Origin: Methanocaldococcus sp. 16A
Lineage (GTDB): Archaea > AGJL01 > Methanococci > Methanococcales > Methanocaldococcaceae
Assembly: GCA_049860595.1 (NCBI GenBank)
Contig: CP187551.1
Reading direction: 5' to 3' (one strand)
DNA length: 64,000 nucleotides
Shown: positions 49,971 through 62,735 of the stretch, in pieces
Layout: the number at the start of each line of letters is the position of its first letter
Position numbering within the stretch: position 1 is the first letter of the stretch
Position numbers and translations under genes: made by a program
The notes under the pieces: generated by a model
Seen by the model: only the letters and a program-made list of their open reading frames with translations
What the model was told of the DNA's origin: nothing
Databases searched by the model: none

Positions 49971-50837
49971 ATGCTTAAAGATTATGCTCTCAAAATACTA
50001 AAAAAATCGTTAGAGTATGATGTTGGATTTGGCGATATCACAACAAATTCTATAATTCCAGAAGGTTTAAAAGCCAAAGGAGTTATTAAAGCTAAAGAGC
50101 CATGTATTGTTTGTGGGATTGATTTTATAGTTGCATTTTTTGAAGAATATAACATAAGATGTAAAAAATTATTTAATGATGGTGATGAAGCTTATGGAAA
50201 TATATTAGAGCTTGAAGGAGATGCGAGAACAATATTAATGCTTGAAAGAACCGCTTTAAACTTATTTATGTATTTGTCCGGAATTGCCACGACAACAAAT
50301 AGAATAATTAATAAAGTTAGAAAGATAAATAAAAAAGTTAGGATTGCTTGTACAAGAAAAACGCTTCCTCTATTATCTCCATTACAGAAATATGCGGTAT
50401 ATATTGGTGGGGGAGATACTCATAGATTTAGATTGGATGACTGTGTTTTGATTAAAGATAATCACATAGCAATAGTGGGAATAAAAGAAGCTATTAAAAG
50501 AGCTAAAGAAAACGTTAGTTTTACAAAAAAGATTGAAGTTGAAGTTAGCGACTTAGAAGAGTTGAAAGAGGCCTTAGAAGAGAGAGCTGATATAATAATG
50601 CTCGACAACTTTAAACCTGAAGATATAGGAAGAGCCTTAAAGATAATTGATGACTTTGAAAGAAGAAATAATTTTAGACCTATAATTGAAGTTAGTGGAG
50701 GGATTAAAGAAGATAATATTTTAGAGTATGCAAAATACAACATTGATGTCATATCTTTAGGAATTTTAACACATTCAGTAAAAAGTATTGATATGAGTTT
50801 AGACATAACATTTTCAGCAAGAAATAATAAAAAATAA
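49971..50837 (+). CDS. nadC: Quinolinate phosphoribosyltransferase
   Basis: ERTALN, TRKT, HRF.L.D..LIKDNH, IEVEV, MLDN, SGGI. Confidence 0.95.
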   Translation: MLKDYALKILKKSLEYDVGFGDITTNSIIPEGLKAKGVIKAKEPCIVCGIDFIVAFFEEYNIRCKKLFNDGDEAYGNILELEGDARTILMLERTALNLFMYLSGIATTTNRIINKVRKINKKVRIACTRKTLPLLSPLQKYAVYIGGGDTHRFRLDDCVLIKDNHIAIVGIKEAIKRAKENVSFTKKIEVEVSDLEELKEALEERADIIMLDNFKPEDIGRALKIIDDFERRNNFRPIIEVSGGIKEDNILEYAKYNIDVISLGILTHSVKSIDMSLDITFSARNNKK

Positions 50838-51000
50838 AAACTATTACTAAAAAAAATAAAAAATAAAATAAAAATTATATTATCTTACTTTTTAATTTTT
50901 ATTTTTAAAATATTTTAAAATAAGAAGCTTATTTATATATTTAATTAAATCATTGATTAGAGATTATTTTTTATTAAATAAAGGGATTTGGGGTTATATT

Positions 51001-51294
51001 ATGGATATCATACTAATCATGGCAGTATTGTTATTATTGGTGGGTGTTAGTTTAGCAATAGCATTTACCTCATTAAATAAAAATAAAATTCAAACTGTTA
51101 CAGCATATAAAAGAATCCTAGAAGAAAAGGTCGACTGCGAGATTAAAATATTAAAAAATTTAAAAAATAATGTGTGTTCTGAAGCTTCGGACGAGATTAT
51201 TAACAATATTCTAAATAGCGAAAATACCATTTTAAAAAATGCACTCAATGATAACTTAGATGATGCAGATATTTCTAAAAAATTAAGAAGGTAG
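51001..51294 (+). CDS. Small single-TM hypothetical protein
   Basis: N-terminal hydrophobic helix followed by charged domain. Confidence 0.55.
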   Translation: MDIILIMAVLLLLVGVSLAIAFTSLNKNKIQTVTAYKRILEEKVDCEIKILKNLKNNVCSEASDEIINNILNSENTILKNALNDNLDDADISKKLRR

Positions 51295-51711
51295 TAAAAT
51301 TCCTACAACTTCAATAAATTTTGGATTTTTTAATTTCTTATCAAAATACATACAAATTCCAACCATTATATTTCTTTTTTTGGCAATAATGTAATCACAC
51401 TCACATCCAATCATTTCAAAACTCTCTTTCATTCTTTCAAAACCAAAAGTGTCAGGGTATAAAGGGTTTTCATTTAAAATCTCATTTATTCTATTGACAA
51501 ACTTATCTATCTCATCAATATCATCAACTATGTCAAATCCTTCTTTTTTCAGTTTTTCAGTTAAGTATTTTTTAATATTATCATATTTTTCAAATTCTTC
51601 ATCTCTGCAAACTCCTTTAACCATTAACATATCATCAGTTTCAAATAATGGCTTAGAGCCTTTAAAAGCATTTAAAGCATGCATCAATTTTCCAATATTT
51701 GCTTTCCACAT
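51283..51711 (-). CDS. Conserved methanogen protein (DUF2120-like)
   Basis: AFKGSKP, PDTFG...MKESFE..GC..DY. Confidence 0.6.
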   Translation of the reverse strand: MWKANIGKLMHALNAFKGSKPLFETDDMLMVKGVCRDEEFEKYDNIKKYLTEKLKKEGFDIVDDIDEIDKFVNRINEILNENPLYPDTFGFERMKESFEMIGCECDYIIAKKRNIMVGICMYFDKKLKNPKFIEVVGILLPS

Positions 51712-51723
51712 AATAACACCAAA

Positions 51724-52665
51724 TTATAAATTTTTAACTTCCTCACAGTATTTTTTAATAATTTCAGCTGATTTTCTAAATGCAATTAACTCATCTCTGC
51801 TAAGTTCAATGGATACAATCTCCTCTATTCCATCTCTTCCAATCTTCACTGGAACACCAATACATAAATCTCTAATTCCATCAAACTCTCCATCTACATA
51901 GGCTGATAGAGTTAGTAACCTCTTCTCATTATTTACGATACATCTAACTACATTTAAAATAGCTGCTGCAGGCCCAAACTCAGAACCACCTTTTAATCTA
52001 ATAATCTGCTCTCCTTTTGTTTTAACATCCTCTATAATCTCATCTATTGGCAAATCCTTAAATTCTTCAAACTTATCAATTGGGATTCCTCCAATAGATG
52101 TGGCACTCAACAATGGAACCATACTATCTCCATGCTCTCCAATAATTCTTGTTCTAACCTCATCAATATGCACTCCAAAGAACTTAGCAATAGCTACCTT
52201 AAACCTTAAAGAATCTAAGTGTGTTCCCAAACCAAAAACCTGATTTCTTTCAAATTTTGAATCCACCAAAGCTTTATATGTCATTACATCTACAGGGTTT
52301 GTTATAACAAATATCTTTGTATCACATATCTCAGCTATTTTTTTAGCATATTTTCCAACAATTTTTGCATTTGTTTTTGCTAAATCCATCCTACTCATTC
52401 CTTCTTTTCTCGGAACTCCACTTGTTATTATAACAATATCACTTTCATCAATAATCTTTAAGTTTTCATCACTCTCAACGTATATGTTTGCATCACTTCT
52501 TGTTCCTGCTAAAGCATCATAAATATCTCTTTTTAATCCTTCTAATTTATTTATTGAATGCTCTCTCCCAATTAACACCAAATCTTTCATAAAAGGTTCT
52601 TTAGCTAATAATAAAGCTGTTGCACTTCCAACTTTACCAGAAGCTCCTATAATTGTAACTTTCAT
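51724..52665 (-). CDS. mdh: LDH-like malate dehydrogenase
   Basis: IIGASGKVG, GVPRKEGMSRMDL, TNPVD, LDSLR, GEHGDS. Confidence 0.92.
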   Translation of the reverse strand: MKVTIIGASGKVGSATALLLAKEPFMKDLVLIGREHSINKLEGLKRDIYDALAGTRSDANIYVESDENLKIIDESDIVIITSGVPRKEGMSRMDLAKTNAKIVGKYAKKIAEICDTKIFVITNPVDVMTYKALVDSKFERNQVFGLGTHLDSLRFKVAIAKFFGVHIDEVRTRIIGEHGDSMVPLLSATSIGGIPIDKFEEFKDLPIDEIIEDVKTKGEQIIRLKGGSEFGPAAAILNVVRCIVNNEKRLLTLSAYVDGEFDGIRDLCIGVPVKIGRDGIEEIVSIELSRDELIAFRKSAEIIKKYCEEVKNL

Positions 52666-52758
52666 AGTATCCCCTCAAAAGTTAGTAAAATTACTGTTTC
52701 AAAGAAAGTTTATTATTATATTTTCTAAGAATATTCTATACAAAATAAAAACTAAATA

Positions 52759-53550
52759 TTAAAGCTCCTCAACAAAAGAGTAAATTAAATTAACGTTATT
52801 TGAAAGTATCTCTTCAGCTTCATCTAATACATCATTTAATGTACTTATTGTTATAGCTGGCTGTGAAATTTCTGATAAAAATTTGTGGATATCATTTTCA
52901 TGGAATAAAATTCCTTCATAATATCTTAGATTTGGGATAGCATATAAAACTCCATCTAATGAGGTTATTTCTCTTGAAGCATCAACTATTGTATCAATTG
53001 TTAAAGTCATAGTTCCAGATGTTTTTGAAACTCTCGCCTTTCTGTATGTTTTTAAAACTCCAACTTTTGCCTTTTCAATGAATGGAGCTATTCTTTTGTA
53101 TGTGTTGTCTGCCTCATAAATATCAACATCAAAAACCCCCTTAGGGTCTTCAACAATAAAAACCTTTGGATTAAATTTAGCCAAAAATTCTGGCTCAACT
53201 CCTCCTAACCCTGTCAAATCAACAATTAAATCAGGATTTACTTCATTTTTCATAAGCTTTAATTTAAATTCATTTAAATTTAAGAATTTTATGCTGTTGT
53301 TGTTTGGAACAAACCCTTTCATAAATTCGTGTATATCAACTAAATAAACTTTATCAGCATATTTTGAGAGATTTTGAGCCACATAATTCCCCCACAAATA
53401 AACTCCAAATATCACAACCTCCTTAAACTCCTCCCCTTCCAAAAAATTTCTAATTGCATGATACTTTTTCTTAGCTATTTCATTTATTACATCAATAACC
53501 TTTGTTTTTGTGTCAATTGTTTTTACTGTCTCAGTTATCCCATACTTCAT
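52759..53550 (-). CDS. hcgC: FeGP cofactor biosynthesis methyltransferase HcgC
   Basis: MKYGITE, G.YLWG, DLTGLGG, VEDP, SKTSGTMTLT; adjacent to hcgB. Confidence 0.85.
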   Translation of the reverse strand: MKYGITETVKTIDTKTKVIDVINEIAKKKYHAIRNFLEGEEFKEVVIFGVYLWGNYVAQNLSKYADKVYLVDIHEFMKGFVPNNNSIKFLNLNEFKLKLMKNEVNPDLIVDLTGLGGVEPEFLAKFNPKVFIVEDPKGVFDVDIYEADNTYKRIAPFIEKAKVGVLKTYRKARVSKTSGTMTLTIDTIVDASREITSLDGVLYAIPNLRYYEGILFHENDIHKFLSEISQPAITISTLNDVLDEAEEILSNNVNLIYSFVEEL

Positions 53551-53574
53551 AACTCCACCTCCAAAAAATGAAAA

Positions 53575-54048
53575 TTAAATAGAAATATTTATTCCTACTC
53601 TCCTTAAAGCTTCAATCATCTCTTTCTTTATTCTCCCTTCTATATCCTCTTTATGAATAACTGATGAAGGAGACAAAGATGCTGTTAAAATTCTCCCTTT
53701 CTCATCTAATATTATAAGCATTGAACCAGAACCTGGAACTCCCAATCTTCCCCTCGCAATATATAAATCAGCTTTTTCAACATCTAAAGCAATTAATCCT
53801 TTAGTTAGAGCTGGCATTCTTGTTAAATCAGCAAATCTTGTATCTATGTCAAGCTTTTTAATTTCAGCATTACAAACTCTTAACATAATATCTCTTATTA
53901 CTTTAAATTTCTTTTGATTGTTTGTAGCAACAACAATTTTTTTGGCATTGATTATCTTTTCCTGGATTTTTTTTAGCTCTTCTTCTTTATCCCCTCTTCT
54001 AATATTGTTAATTGATTCAATAAAAGCATTTTTAATAATTTTCTCCAT
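53575..54048 (-). CDS. hcgB: FeGP cofactor biosynthesis guanylyltransferase HcgB
   Basis: RRGD..EE, ADLTRMPA..KG, ARGRLGVPGSGS, SPSS..H. Confidence 0.85.
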   Translation of the reverse strand: MEKIIKNAFIESINNIRRGDKEEELKKIQEKIINAKKIVVATNNQKKFKVIRDIMLRVCNAEIKKLDIDTRFADLTRMPALTKGLIALDVEKADLYIARGRLGVPGSGSMLIILDEKGRILTASLSPSSVIHKEDIEGRIKKEMIEALRRVGINISI

Positions 54049-54065
54049 TACAATCACATCTTTAA

Positions 54066-55508
54066 TTATACTCTCTTCAACCAATCTAAATCATTCTTAT
54101 GTAAATCTCTAATGTCTGTTAATCCAAATCTAAGCATAGCCAATCTACTAAACCCAATCCCCCAAGCCAAAACTGGCTTTTTAATACCAATTGGTTCTAA
54201 AACTTCAGGTCTAAATATTCCCGCCCCTAAGATTTCCAACCATCCTTTTCCTTCTAAATATACTTCCGCCTCTAAGGATGGTTCAGTGAATGGAAAGTAT
54301 GCAGGTCTAAACCTAACTTTTTCAAAGCCCAATCTATTTAAAAATTCTTTTAAAACCCCAATTAAATTGTTGAAATTAACATTATCATCCATTATAATTC
54401 CTTCACACTGATAAAACTCTGGTAAATGTTTATAATCAATTGCTTCATTTCTAAATACTCTATCTATACAAAATACTTTGTGTGGTTTTTCTTTTTCATC
54501 TTCTGATAATGAAGCTAAATACCTTATTGATGATGCAGTTGTATGAGTTCTTAAAATTAATCTTCTTGAAATATTTTCATCAAATTTGTATTTCCAGCAT
54601 CTTTCATGCACTTCTTTAACCTTAGGTAATAAATCTTCTGGAATATTTCCAACTTTTGGATATTTTAAGAAGAAAGTGTCTTGCATTTCTCTCGCTGGAT
54701 GGTCTTGTGGTTCAAACAGCATATCAAAATTCCAAAACTCTGTTTCTACAATTGGGCTCTTAATTTCTTTAAACCCCATTGCTAAGAGAATCTCTTTAAC
54801 TTCTCTAATAATTCTTGTTAATGGATGTACTTTAGCTGGATATATTGGCTTTGTAGGAACTTTTACGTCATAAGGTCTTATATATGCCTTTTTCCACTTT
54901 CCACTTATTATAATATCTCTTGTTAATTGAGTAATCTCTTCTTCAATCTCTATTAGTTTTTTAATGAACTCTTTTCCTTTTTCAGTTAATCTTATCTTTA
55001 TTTCTTTCTCTTCGTCAAAATCCACATAGCCTCTCTTTTTCAAAATTTCTATAATTTTCTTTTCTTCTTCATTGAAGTTGTTGAGGTATTTATTTTCTTT
55101 GATTTTTTGTAATATCTCTTCTTCAACATCTTTATAATCTAAGTTATCAAAAATAATTTTCCCTTTTTCAATCTTTGCAATTCCTTTTCTTTTTATAGCT
55201 CCTAAAGCAGCATTAATTTCTTCTTTTGGTAAAATATCTTTCAATTTTTTAATTTCTACCTCATTTGTATTTTGTTGCTTTAAATATTTAGCAATCTTTC
55301 TCTCTGGAAAATCATCCTCTTTAATAAGTTTTACTATTTTTTTTACTTTTTCTTCTGTTTCAACCAAATCTTTACCTTTTAACCATAAAGAAACTCTCAA
55401 AATCTTCTCTTTTGGCATAAATTTTTCTAATTCATTCAAATCAAACTCTTCTCTTTTCTGATTTTGAAAAATCTTTAACAGCCTTTTCTCGTCTATATGA
55501 AGTTCCAT
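54066..55508 (-). CDS. pheS: Phenylalanine--tRNA ligase alpha subunit
   Basis: [34 protein letters not shown]. Confidence 0.96.
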   Translation of the reverse strand: MELHIDEKRLLKIFQNQKREEFDLNELEKFMPKEKILRVSLWLKGKDLVETEEKVKKIVKLIKEDDFPERKIAKYLKQQNTNEVEIKKLKDILPKEEINAALGAIKRKGIAKIEKGKIIFDNLDYKDVEEEILQKIKENKYLNNFNEEEKKIIEILKKRGYVDFDEEKEIKIRLTEKGKEFIKKLIEIEEEITQLTRDIIISGKWKKAYIRPYDVKVPTKPIYPAKVHPLTRIIREVKEILLAMGFKEIKSPIVETEFWNFDMLFEPQDHPAREMQDTFFLKYPKVGNIPEDLLPKVKEVHERCWKYKFDENISRRLILRTHTTASSIRYLASLSEDEKEKPHKVFCIDRVFRNEAIDYKHLPEFYQCEGIIMDDNVNFNNLIGVLKEFLNRLGFEKVRFRPAYFPFTEPSLEAEVYLEGKGWLEILGAGIFRPEVLEPIGIKKPVLAWGIGFSRLAMLRFGLTDIRDLHKNDLDWLKRV

Positions 55509-55621
55509 AATCATCACCGCATAACCTCTAAATTATTTATGTTTGTATAATACCATTCCCTTAATAAATAGATAACTATGTTTATTAACTATGTTTAGTC
55601 CATGTTTATTTTTTCTACTTA

Positions 55622-55705
55622 TATAGAACTTTTTGATTTAATTACTGACTTTTATTCATTAGCATTCTTATTCAATAAAAAATTCATTCCTGCGAAAGTT
55701 CTATT
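55622..55705 (-). repeat. Degenerate family A repeat
   Basis: Right end attcctgcgaaagttcta intact; left end tagaactttt degraded. Confidence 0.6.
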
Positions 55706-55826
55706 AAATACTTAAATCTTAATAATTAATCAACCTTTCATGTTAATATTTGAGATTAATTTATATTAATGCAATGAAACAAATATTATTAGTGTAGCTG
55801 ATATATTATCCGGTTTGGGGGTTATT

Positions 55827-56783
55827 ATGTATAATGATGAAGATATTAGAATAATTGATGAAATTTATAAAGAAGGTTATTTATTTGCTCAATATGGAAT
55901 CTACATAAAGAAAAAATTTAAACAACGAATTTTTAAAATTCCAGTTGATATAGGACTAGGCTGTCCTCACAAAAAAAATAATGGATGTATTTTTTGCCCA
56001 GAAATGGGAAGGCCAATATCTGTTAAATACTGCAATGCAAAAATCCCATTAAAAGAGCAGATTGAAAAACAAATGGAAAATCAAAGAAAGAAGGGGTTTA
56101 AAAAATTCTGTATCTATTTCTATCCTGGAACTAATACTCATGCTCCAGTAGAAAAACTAAAAGAAATCTGGGATTTTTGCCTATCTTATGAAGATGTTAT
56201 TGGATTATCTATAGGCACAAGACCAGATTGCTTAGAAAAAGAAAAACTTGATATATTAGCTGAGTATGTTGAAAATGGCTATGACATTTGGATAGATTTA
56301 GGAATTCAAAGTATGCATCAAAAAACTCTTGAAATTTTAAATAGAGGGCATAATGTATCTGATATAATAAGAGCTATAAAGGAATGCCATAAAAGGGAAA
56401 TAAAAGTTTGTGGGCATATAATTTTAGCTCTACCTGGGGAAACTTGGATAGAGATGATGGAAACTGCAAAAATCATATCTCTATTAGAAATTGAAGCCGT
56501 TAAAATTTATCCATTAGTTGTTGTTAAAGGCACAAAATTAGAAGAATTATATTGGAAAGGAGAATATAGAACGTTAGATGAAAAACAATATATAACTTTA
56601 GTTTGTGATTTTTTAGAACACCTCTCTCCTTATGTGCTAATTCAGAGATTATCCAAAGATAAGGTTCCAAAAAATATTAAAATCTCTCCAGAATGGGATT
56701 TAAGTAGATTTAAGGTTATGAATAAAGTAAATGAAGTGTTGAGAAAAAGAGGAACTAAGCAGGGGGCTAAATATATCTTTTAG
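55827..56783 (+). CDS. TIGR01212 (YhcC-like) radical SAM protein
   Basis: GCP...GCIFC, IGTRPDC, LGIQS, NRGH, HIIL.LPGE. Confidence 0.85.
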   Translation: MYNDEDIRIIDEIYKEGYLFAQYGIYIKKKFKQRIFKIPVDIGLGCPHKKNNGCIFCPEMGRPISVKYCNAKIPLKEQIEKQMENQRKKGFKKFCIYFYPGTNTHAPVEKLKEIWDFCLSYEDVIGLSIGTRPDCLEKEKLDILAEYVENGYDIWIDLGIQSMHQKTLEILNRGHNVSDIIRAIKECHKREIKVCGHIILALPGETWIEMMETAKIISLLEIEAVKIYPLVVVKGTKLEELYWKGEYRTLDEKQYITLVCDFLEHLSPYVLIQRLSKDKVPKNIKISPEWDLSRFKVMNKVNEVLRKRGTKQGAKYIF

Positions 56784-56791
56784 ATTAAAAT

Positions 56792-57799
56792 CTATTCATC
56801 ATCAATTCCAAAAGGATTTTTGCTATAGTACTCAACTGTTTTTAATGCAGAGCTTACAACCATTTCCCTAATGTTTGGAATCTCTTCTTCCAATTTTTCT
56901 AAAATTTTATGACATCTTCTCCTAATGCTATCTCCTCTATCTCTACTGTATGGGCAGATATCTTTATCTTTATAATATTCTATTCCACACTCTTCAAGGG
57001 CTTTTATTATATCCCTCTCCAACACAGGAAGCATAGGTCTAATTATTGTACATTCCTCCAATGGTATTTTAAAGCTTTGATAATCAACTACATTGGATTT
57101 AAATCTTGTTAATGGCCTCATAAACTTTAATCTCTCCCCTTTAAAGATATTTGCTAAGATTGTATCTGAGTTGTCATCTAAATTATGCCCATAAGCTAAT
57201 TTAACCTTTTCATAAGGAATATTCTCTTTTTCAGCAATTTCCTTAGCCAATTTTCCTAATAAATGCCTTTTAATTACAGAGCAAGAGAAGCATGGTGAAA
57301 ACTCCATTCCTTTTGAATTTTTTGTTAATATTTCAGATAGCTCTACAACATCCAAATCATTTTTTAATAATAAATGAGGAACATTTAGCATCTCACAGTG
57401 GTGTTTTATTAACTTAACTCCTTCTGTATTCTCTTTCCATGGTCTAACTCCTCCAATATTCACATCCACAGTCACAGCTATTAATTTTATTCCATACTTC
57501 CTTCTATAGACTTCCAATAAATGTAATAATAATAAACTATCCTTTCCTCCACTCAATCCAACTATAACAATATCCCTTGGGGCTATAATTTTATGCTTAT
57601 TAATAAACCTCCCAACCTTTGTTGATACATATTCATAAGCTTTTGAATACACTACTGGAACTCCAAACTCTTCTTCAATTTTATCCATCTTTGTTCTTGA
57701 TAACCTTGCCATTCTCTTGTTATTAACTAAAATTTTATCCTTTCTTATTGTTAAAAAGAATGGATTTGCATATTTCTTTAACTCTCTTAAATTAATCAT
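56792..57799 (-). CDS. PP-loop ATPase, TtcA/Ncs6-like tRNA thiolation family
   Basis: SGGKDS, PCFSC, GHNLDD, IRPM, CPY. Confidence 0.8.
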   Translation of the reverse strand: MINLRELKKYANPFFLTIRKDKILVNNKRMARLSRTKMDKIEEEFGVPVVYSKAYEYVSTKVGRFINKHKIIAPRDIVIVGLSGGKDSLLLLHLLEVYRRKYGIKLIAVTVDVNIGGVRPWKENTEGVKLIKHHCEMLNVPHLLLKNDLDVVELSEILTKNSKGMEFSPCFSCSVIKRHLLGKLAKEIAEKENIPYEKVKLAYGHNLDDNSDTILANIFKGERLKFMRPLTRFKSNVVDYQSFKIPLEECTIIRPMLPVLERDIIKALEECGIEYYKDKDICPYSRDRGDSIRRRCHKILEKLEEEIPNIREMVVSSALKTVEYYSKNPFGIDDE

Positions 57800-59283
57800 T
57801 TCAATCCCTCTAATATTGACTTTAAATTAATATTTCTCTCTACAACTTCAGCAAAGTAATTTAAACTTTTTTCTATACTGTCTTTATATGCATCTCCATC
57901 AATTTCATCTAACCCTTTTCTTTTTCTAATCAAATTAATGATATAATTTCTAAACTCATAATTTTCAAATATTCCATGGAAGTATGTTCCTATAGCCAAT
58001 CCATCACCAAATTTCTTAATAGCTCCATCAAAACCGTTTCCACAATTTCCAAAGCCTCTTTCAATTTTTATGAGAGGTTTTTCTCTTGTAATAGTATAAC
58101 CTTCATGTATCTCATAGCCTTTAACATTAAATATCTTATTGTCCATATTTAAATAACCATAAGAGTTCTTAACCACTTTATCATTTCCAAAGTATGTTTT
58201 CGCATCAAAGATTTTTAAGCCCTCAATATCTCCAACATCTGATTCTTTCTTATCTTTATCAATCAACTCTTTTCCTAAAACTTGATATCCCCCACATATA
58301 CCAATAACAATTCCTCCATCATTCAAAAATTCTAAAACTTTTTCATCAAAGTTGTGTTGTTTTAAATAATAAGCTTCTTTAGTAGAGCTTCTTGTTCCTG
58401 GAAGCACCAAGATGTCTCCAGTTATATCATCATCAAAGTCAATAAACTTTATAAATGCATCATACCTTAGAGGGTCTAAGTCCGTAAAGTTAGATATCTT
58501 TGAGAATCTAACAACGTTAATCTCTACTCCACTTTTTGCATTTCCAAAACTTCTCATACTCTGCAAAACTTGACTATCTTCCTCTGGTAAAACAAGGTTT
58601 TCATCATAAGGTACTATACCTAAAACAGGAACACCAGTTAATTCTTCAATTTTCTCAATTCCTTCTTTTAAAACCTCTGCATTTCCTCTAAATTTATTTA
58701 TAACTATTCCTTTAATAAGCTTCCTCCAATTTTCAGGCAATAGTTTTATGGTTCCATATATTGAGGCAAAAACTCCCCCTCTATCAATATCCGCCACTAA
58801 GATAGCTTTGGCATCAACCATCTCTGCAATTCTTAAATTTGCAATATCATCCTTCAACAAATTTATCTCACAGCAACTCCCTGCTCCTTCCATAATAACA
58901 TAATCATATTCTTTATCCAAAATATCCAAACTCTCTTTAATTTTTTTTATAAAAAAACTCTTATTTTTTCTATATTCATTGTAATCCATATCCTTGTATG
59001 GCCTTCCATGGACTATAACTTGGGAGATAAAATTACCTTTTGGTTTTAATAAAATTGGGTTAAAATGGACTGACGGCTCTACTCTACAAGCTAAGCTTTG
59101 AGTATATTGAGCTATTGCAATCTCCCCATCCTCCTTTGCTACTCTTGAATTCAAACTCATATTTTGAGATTTAAAAGGAGCTACTTTATAGCCTTTATTT
59201 GCTAAAATTCTGCATAATCCAGCAGTTATTGTTGTTTTTCCACTGTTTGAAGAGGTTCCAACAACCATTATAAACTCTGCCAT
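57796..59283 (-). CDS. cobQ: Cobyric acid synthase
   Basis: [39 protein letters not shown]. Confidence 0.95.
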   Translation of the reverse strand: MAEFIMVVGTSSNSGKTTITAGLCRILANKGYKVAPFKSQNMSLNSRVAKEDGEIAIAQYTQSLACRVEPSVHFNPILLKPKGNFISQVIVHGRPYKDMDYNEYRKNKSFFIKKIKESLDILDKEYDYVIMEGAGSCCEINLLKDDIANLRIAEMVDAKAILVADIDRGGVFASIYGTIKLLPENWRKLIKGIVINKFRGNAEVLKEGIEKIEELTGVPVLGIVPYDENLVLPEEDSQVLQSMRSFGNAKSGVEINVVRFSKISNFTDLDPLRYDAFIKFIDFDDDITGDILVLPGTRSSTKEAYYLKQHNFDEKVLEFLNDGGIVIGICGGYQVLGKELIDKDKKESDVGDIEGLKIFDAKTYFGNDKVVKNSYGYLNMDNKIFNVKGYEIHEGYTITREKPLIKIERGFGNCGNGFDGAIKKFGDGLAIGTYFHGIFENYEFRNYIINLIRKRKGLDEIDGDAYKDSIEKSLNYFAEVVERNINLKSILEGLK

Positions 59284-59378
59284 TGTGTCACCAAAAGTTT
59301 AATATTCATTAAGATAACATTTTGACATTGAATTATAATTCTTTAAGTATCTTGTTAAATATCTTTTGCGTGATAGTC

Positions 59379-60350
59379 ATGTTTGATTTAGAAACAGAAA
59401 GAGTTATAAAAGAAATTGAAAATTTAAATAAAAAGAATCCAAAAGTAATTTTTCAAGCTCCAGAAGGTTTAAAATTATCTGTTGAGAAAGAAATTGAAAA
59501 AATTAAAAGATATTTTAAAGAGAAGGGAAAAGAAATTGAGATATATCTATGGGGAAATACGTGCTTTGGTGCATGTGATTTAATAGACAGTCATGTTAAA
59601 AACCTAAATATTGATTTAATTGTACATTACGGGCATGAAAAATTAAGCTATGCAAAGCCAGAGATTAAAACTCTCTTTATTCCTGCTTATCATTTATTTG
59701 ATAAAGATGAAAAAGAGAGGATTTTGAATGATATAAAAGAATTTATAGAAAAACATGAAAATGAAGGAAAAAAAGTATCAATAGCAACAACCATCCAATA
59801 TAAAAAACTTTTAAAGGATTTCAATCCAAGTATAATCTTAGGTTGTAGAGGAGAAGTTAAAGAAGGGGATGTTATATTATTTATAGGAACTGGGAGGTTT
59901 CATCCATTAATGCTTGCTTACAAATACCAAAAAGAGGTTTTTATATACAATCCTGTATCCAAATGCTTTGATAAGATATATGAAGAAGAGATTAACAAGT
60001 TTATTAAAAAGAGAATTTCTGCAATATCTAAATTAATTCTAAATAGGCCAAAAAAGGTAGGGGTTGTTTTATCAACAAAAAAAGGACAATTTAGAAAAAA
60101 GGTTTTTGATGAGATTATAAAATTATTAGAAAAAAACAATATCAACTATATCCCAATAATTGTTGATAACATCTCTCCAGATATTTTATTTTATGATGTT
60201 GATTGTTATATAGTAGTTGCATGCCCGAGGATTGTGTTAGATGACTATATTTTATACAAAAAACCAATTTATACTCCAGAAGAGTTCAAACTCTTCATAG
60301 AAAATAGCTTTGAATATAAGTTTGATGAAATTAAAGAAAGTGATTTTTAA
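59379..60350 (+). CDS. dph2: Diphthamide biosynthesis enzyme Dph2
   Basis: QAPEGL, CFGACD, HYGH, LGC, GRFH, ACPR. Confidence 0.92.
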   Translation: MFDLETERVIKEIENLNKKNPKVIFQAPEGLKLSVEKEIEKIKRYFKEKGKEIEIYLWGNTCFGACDLIDSHVKNLNIDLIVHYGHEKLSYAKPEIKTLFIPAYHLFDKDEKERILNDIKEFIEKHENEGKKVSIATTIQYKKLLKDFNPSIILGCRGEVKEGDVILFIGTGRFHPLMLAYKYQKEVFIYNPVSKCFDKIYEEEINKFIKKRISAISKLILNRPKKVGVVLSTKKGQFRKKVFDEIIKLLEKNNINYIPIIVDNISPDILFYDVDCYIVVACPRIVLDDYILYKKPIYTPEEFKLFIENSFEYKFDEIKESDF

Positions 60351-60356
60351 ATATTT

Positions 60357-60653
60357 TTAACAGAATGTCCTATTTGTTGCTGGTATGCAAAGAGTTTCAT
60401 TACAGTTTGGACATGTTATAGTAACTTTATCATTTTCATAGTATGCTTTAAATGGTTTTTTGCAATAAGGGCAGAAATATATTCTTCCTCCAGTTTCTTT
60501 ACACTCTCCAACTTCTCCAACTGTTGGATATCTCTCAAAAGTAATTTTACTTTCTTTATTTTGGTATTTAAAGAATTTTTCGACCATATTTAAGTAAATA
60601 TTAACTGCAGCTTCATTTACACAATCTTTTCCACAGTATGGACAATTATACAT
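60357..60653 (-). CDS. Small zinc-ribbon protein
   Basis: CPYC, C...CPYC, CPNC motifs; GAGGTG RBS. Confidence 0.7.
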   Translation of the reverse strand: MYNCPYCGKDCVNEAAVNIYLNMVEKFFKYQNKESKITFERYPTVGEVGECKETGGRIYFCPYCKKPFKAYYENDKVTITCPNCNETLCIPATNRTFC

Positions 60654-60791
60654 AAAATCACCTCAAAAACTTATTTATTGTTATTTAACCATATTATATA
60701 AGTTATCATTTTTGCTACATATATTATAAATATATTCCGTTTCATTTAATAATGTTTGTTCATGATTTTTCATTACAATGTTGGTGAAATC

Positions 60792-61385
60792 ATGTGGAAA
60801 AAGTTGGAAAGCTTAACCAGTAAAATTTACGAAAAGGCGAGAAAAAAAAAGGGAGAACATAGAATTGCCCTATTAATTGATGGCCCAAACATGCTTAGAA
60901 AAGAATTTAATATTGATTTAGATAAAATTAGAGAAGTTTTAAGTGAATTTGGTGATATTGTTATAGGTAGAGTATATTTAAATCAGTATGCATCAGATAA
61001 GTTGATAGAGGCTGTTATAAACCAAGGTTTTGAACCAAAAATATCTGCTGGAGATGTTGATGTTGAAATGGCTGTAGATGCTACTGAACTCGTTTTTAAT
61101 CCGAATATAGATACTATAGCTTATGTAACAAGAGATGCTGACTTTCTTCCAGCTATTAGAAAAGCAAAAGAAAGGGGGAAAAAAGTTATAGTTATTGGGG
61201 CTGAACCAGGTTTTTCTACAGCTTTACAGAATATTGCTGACTATGTTATCAAAATTGGAGAAGAATTTCAATTAGATAGAGAAAAATTAGAGAAAAAGAA
61301 AAAAAGCAAATTTTTAAAGGTTGAAGAAAAGCCAGAAAATAATGAAGTAGATAATAAAAAAGATAACGAAATAGGGGAAAAATAA
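60792..61385 (+). CDS. NYN domain protein (TIGR00288-like)
   Basis: [27 protein letters not shown]. Confidence 0.85.
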   Translation: MWKKLESLTSKIYEKARKKKGEHRIALLIDGPNMLRKEFNIDLDKIREVLSEFGDIVIGRVYLNQYASDKLIEAVINQGFEPKISAGDVDVEMAVDATELVFNPNIDTIAYVTRDADFLPAIRKAKERGKKVIVIGAEPGFSTALQNIADYVIKIGEEFQLDREKLEKKKKSKFLKVEEKPENNEVDNKKDNEIGEK

Positions 61386-61414
61386 AACCATTAATTTAAA
61401 ATTAATTTAAATAA

Positions 61415-62011
61415 TTATTTTATTCCAAATATTTTTCTTAAGACTGTTGATGTTGCAAACGAACAGAGTATATACCAACCTAACCATCCTAAGGCAGTGT
61501 TAGAAACTATTTTAAAACCTCCTTTATAGAATATCGAACCAAGCCAATGCCAGAAATCAACAAACAAAATCTTTGACAATATTGTTGGTAAATATACAAC
61601 AACTCCATTCCAATCTGGATTTAGCTCTTGATAAATCCCACCAAATCCATAAACATGCTTCAAATAAATGAATATCAAAATTATTGGAATCCATGTGTAT
61701 ATCATTGGCTTAAAGCTCATTTTCATTAATTCAGCGTTAAGTTGCATAATTCTCTGTTGTTCTTCTTGTAGCTTTTCCAACATTTCAGGATTTTTGGACA
61801 TCTTTTTAAATTTTACTTGGAATTCTTGAATCTCTCTTTTTAGCTCTGCCACTCTTTCTTGGTCAACTAAAAGTTTTGTAGCTATATTGATAATTAGAGA
61901 TACGATTATTGCAATAATTAAAATTGCCAATGCTGGATGTAAAACTTTTATTATAGGCATGAAAATTGCATCCAACGTATTATAATATATATTTGTTATA
62001 GATTCAAACAT
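61415..62011 (-). CDS. DUF106 (EMC3/TMCO1/YidC-like) membrane insertase
   Basis: TM + coiled coil, FKPM...[13 protein letters not shown]; follows adkA. Confidence 0.85.
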   Translation of the reverse strand: MFESITNIYYNTLDAIFMPIIKVLHPALAILIIAIIVSLIINIATKLLVDQERVAELKREIQEFQVKFKKMSKNPEMLEKLQEEQQRIMQLNAELMKMSFKPMIYTWIPIILIFIYLKHVYGFGGIYQELNPDWNGVVVYLPTILSKILFVDFWHWLGSIFYKGGFKIVSNTALGWLGWYILCSFATSTVLRKIFGIK

Positions 62012-62108
62012 ACATCCACCCTAAAAATGATTATAATAGAATCATAAATTTGTCTGTGATATCTTATTTAAAAAGTTATAAAAAATTAAAATTAAAAATT
62101 TAAAGAAT

Positions 62109-62693
<585 letters not shown>

Positions 62694-62735
62694 TCACCTC
62701 ACTAAGAATTTTATTAGTTTAGAGTTTCAACGACT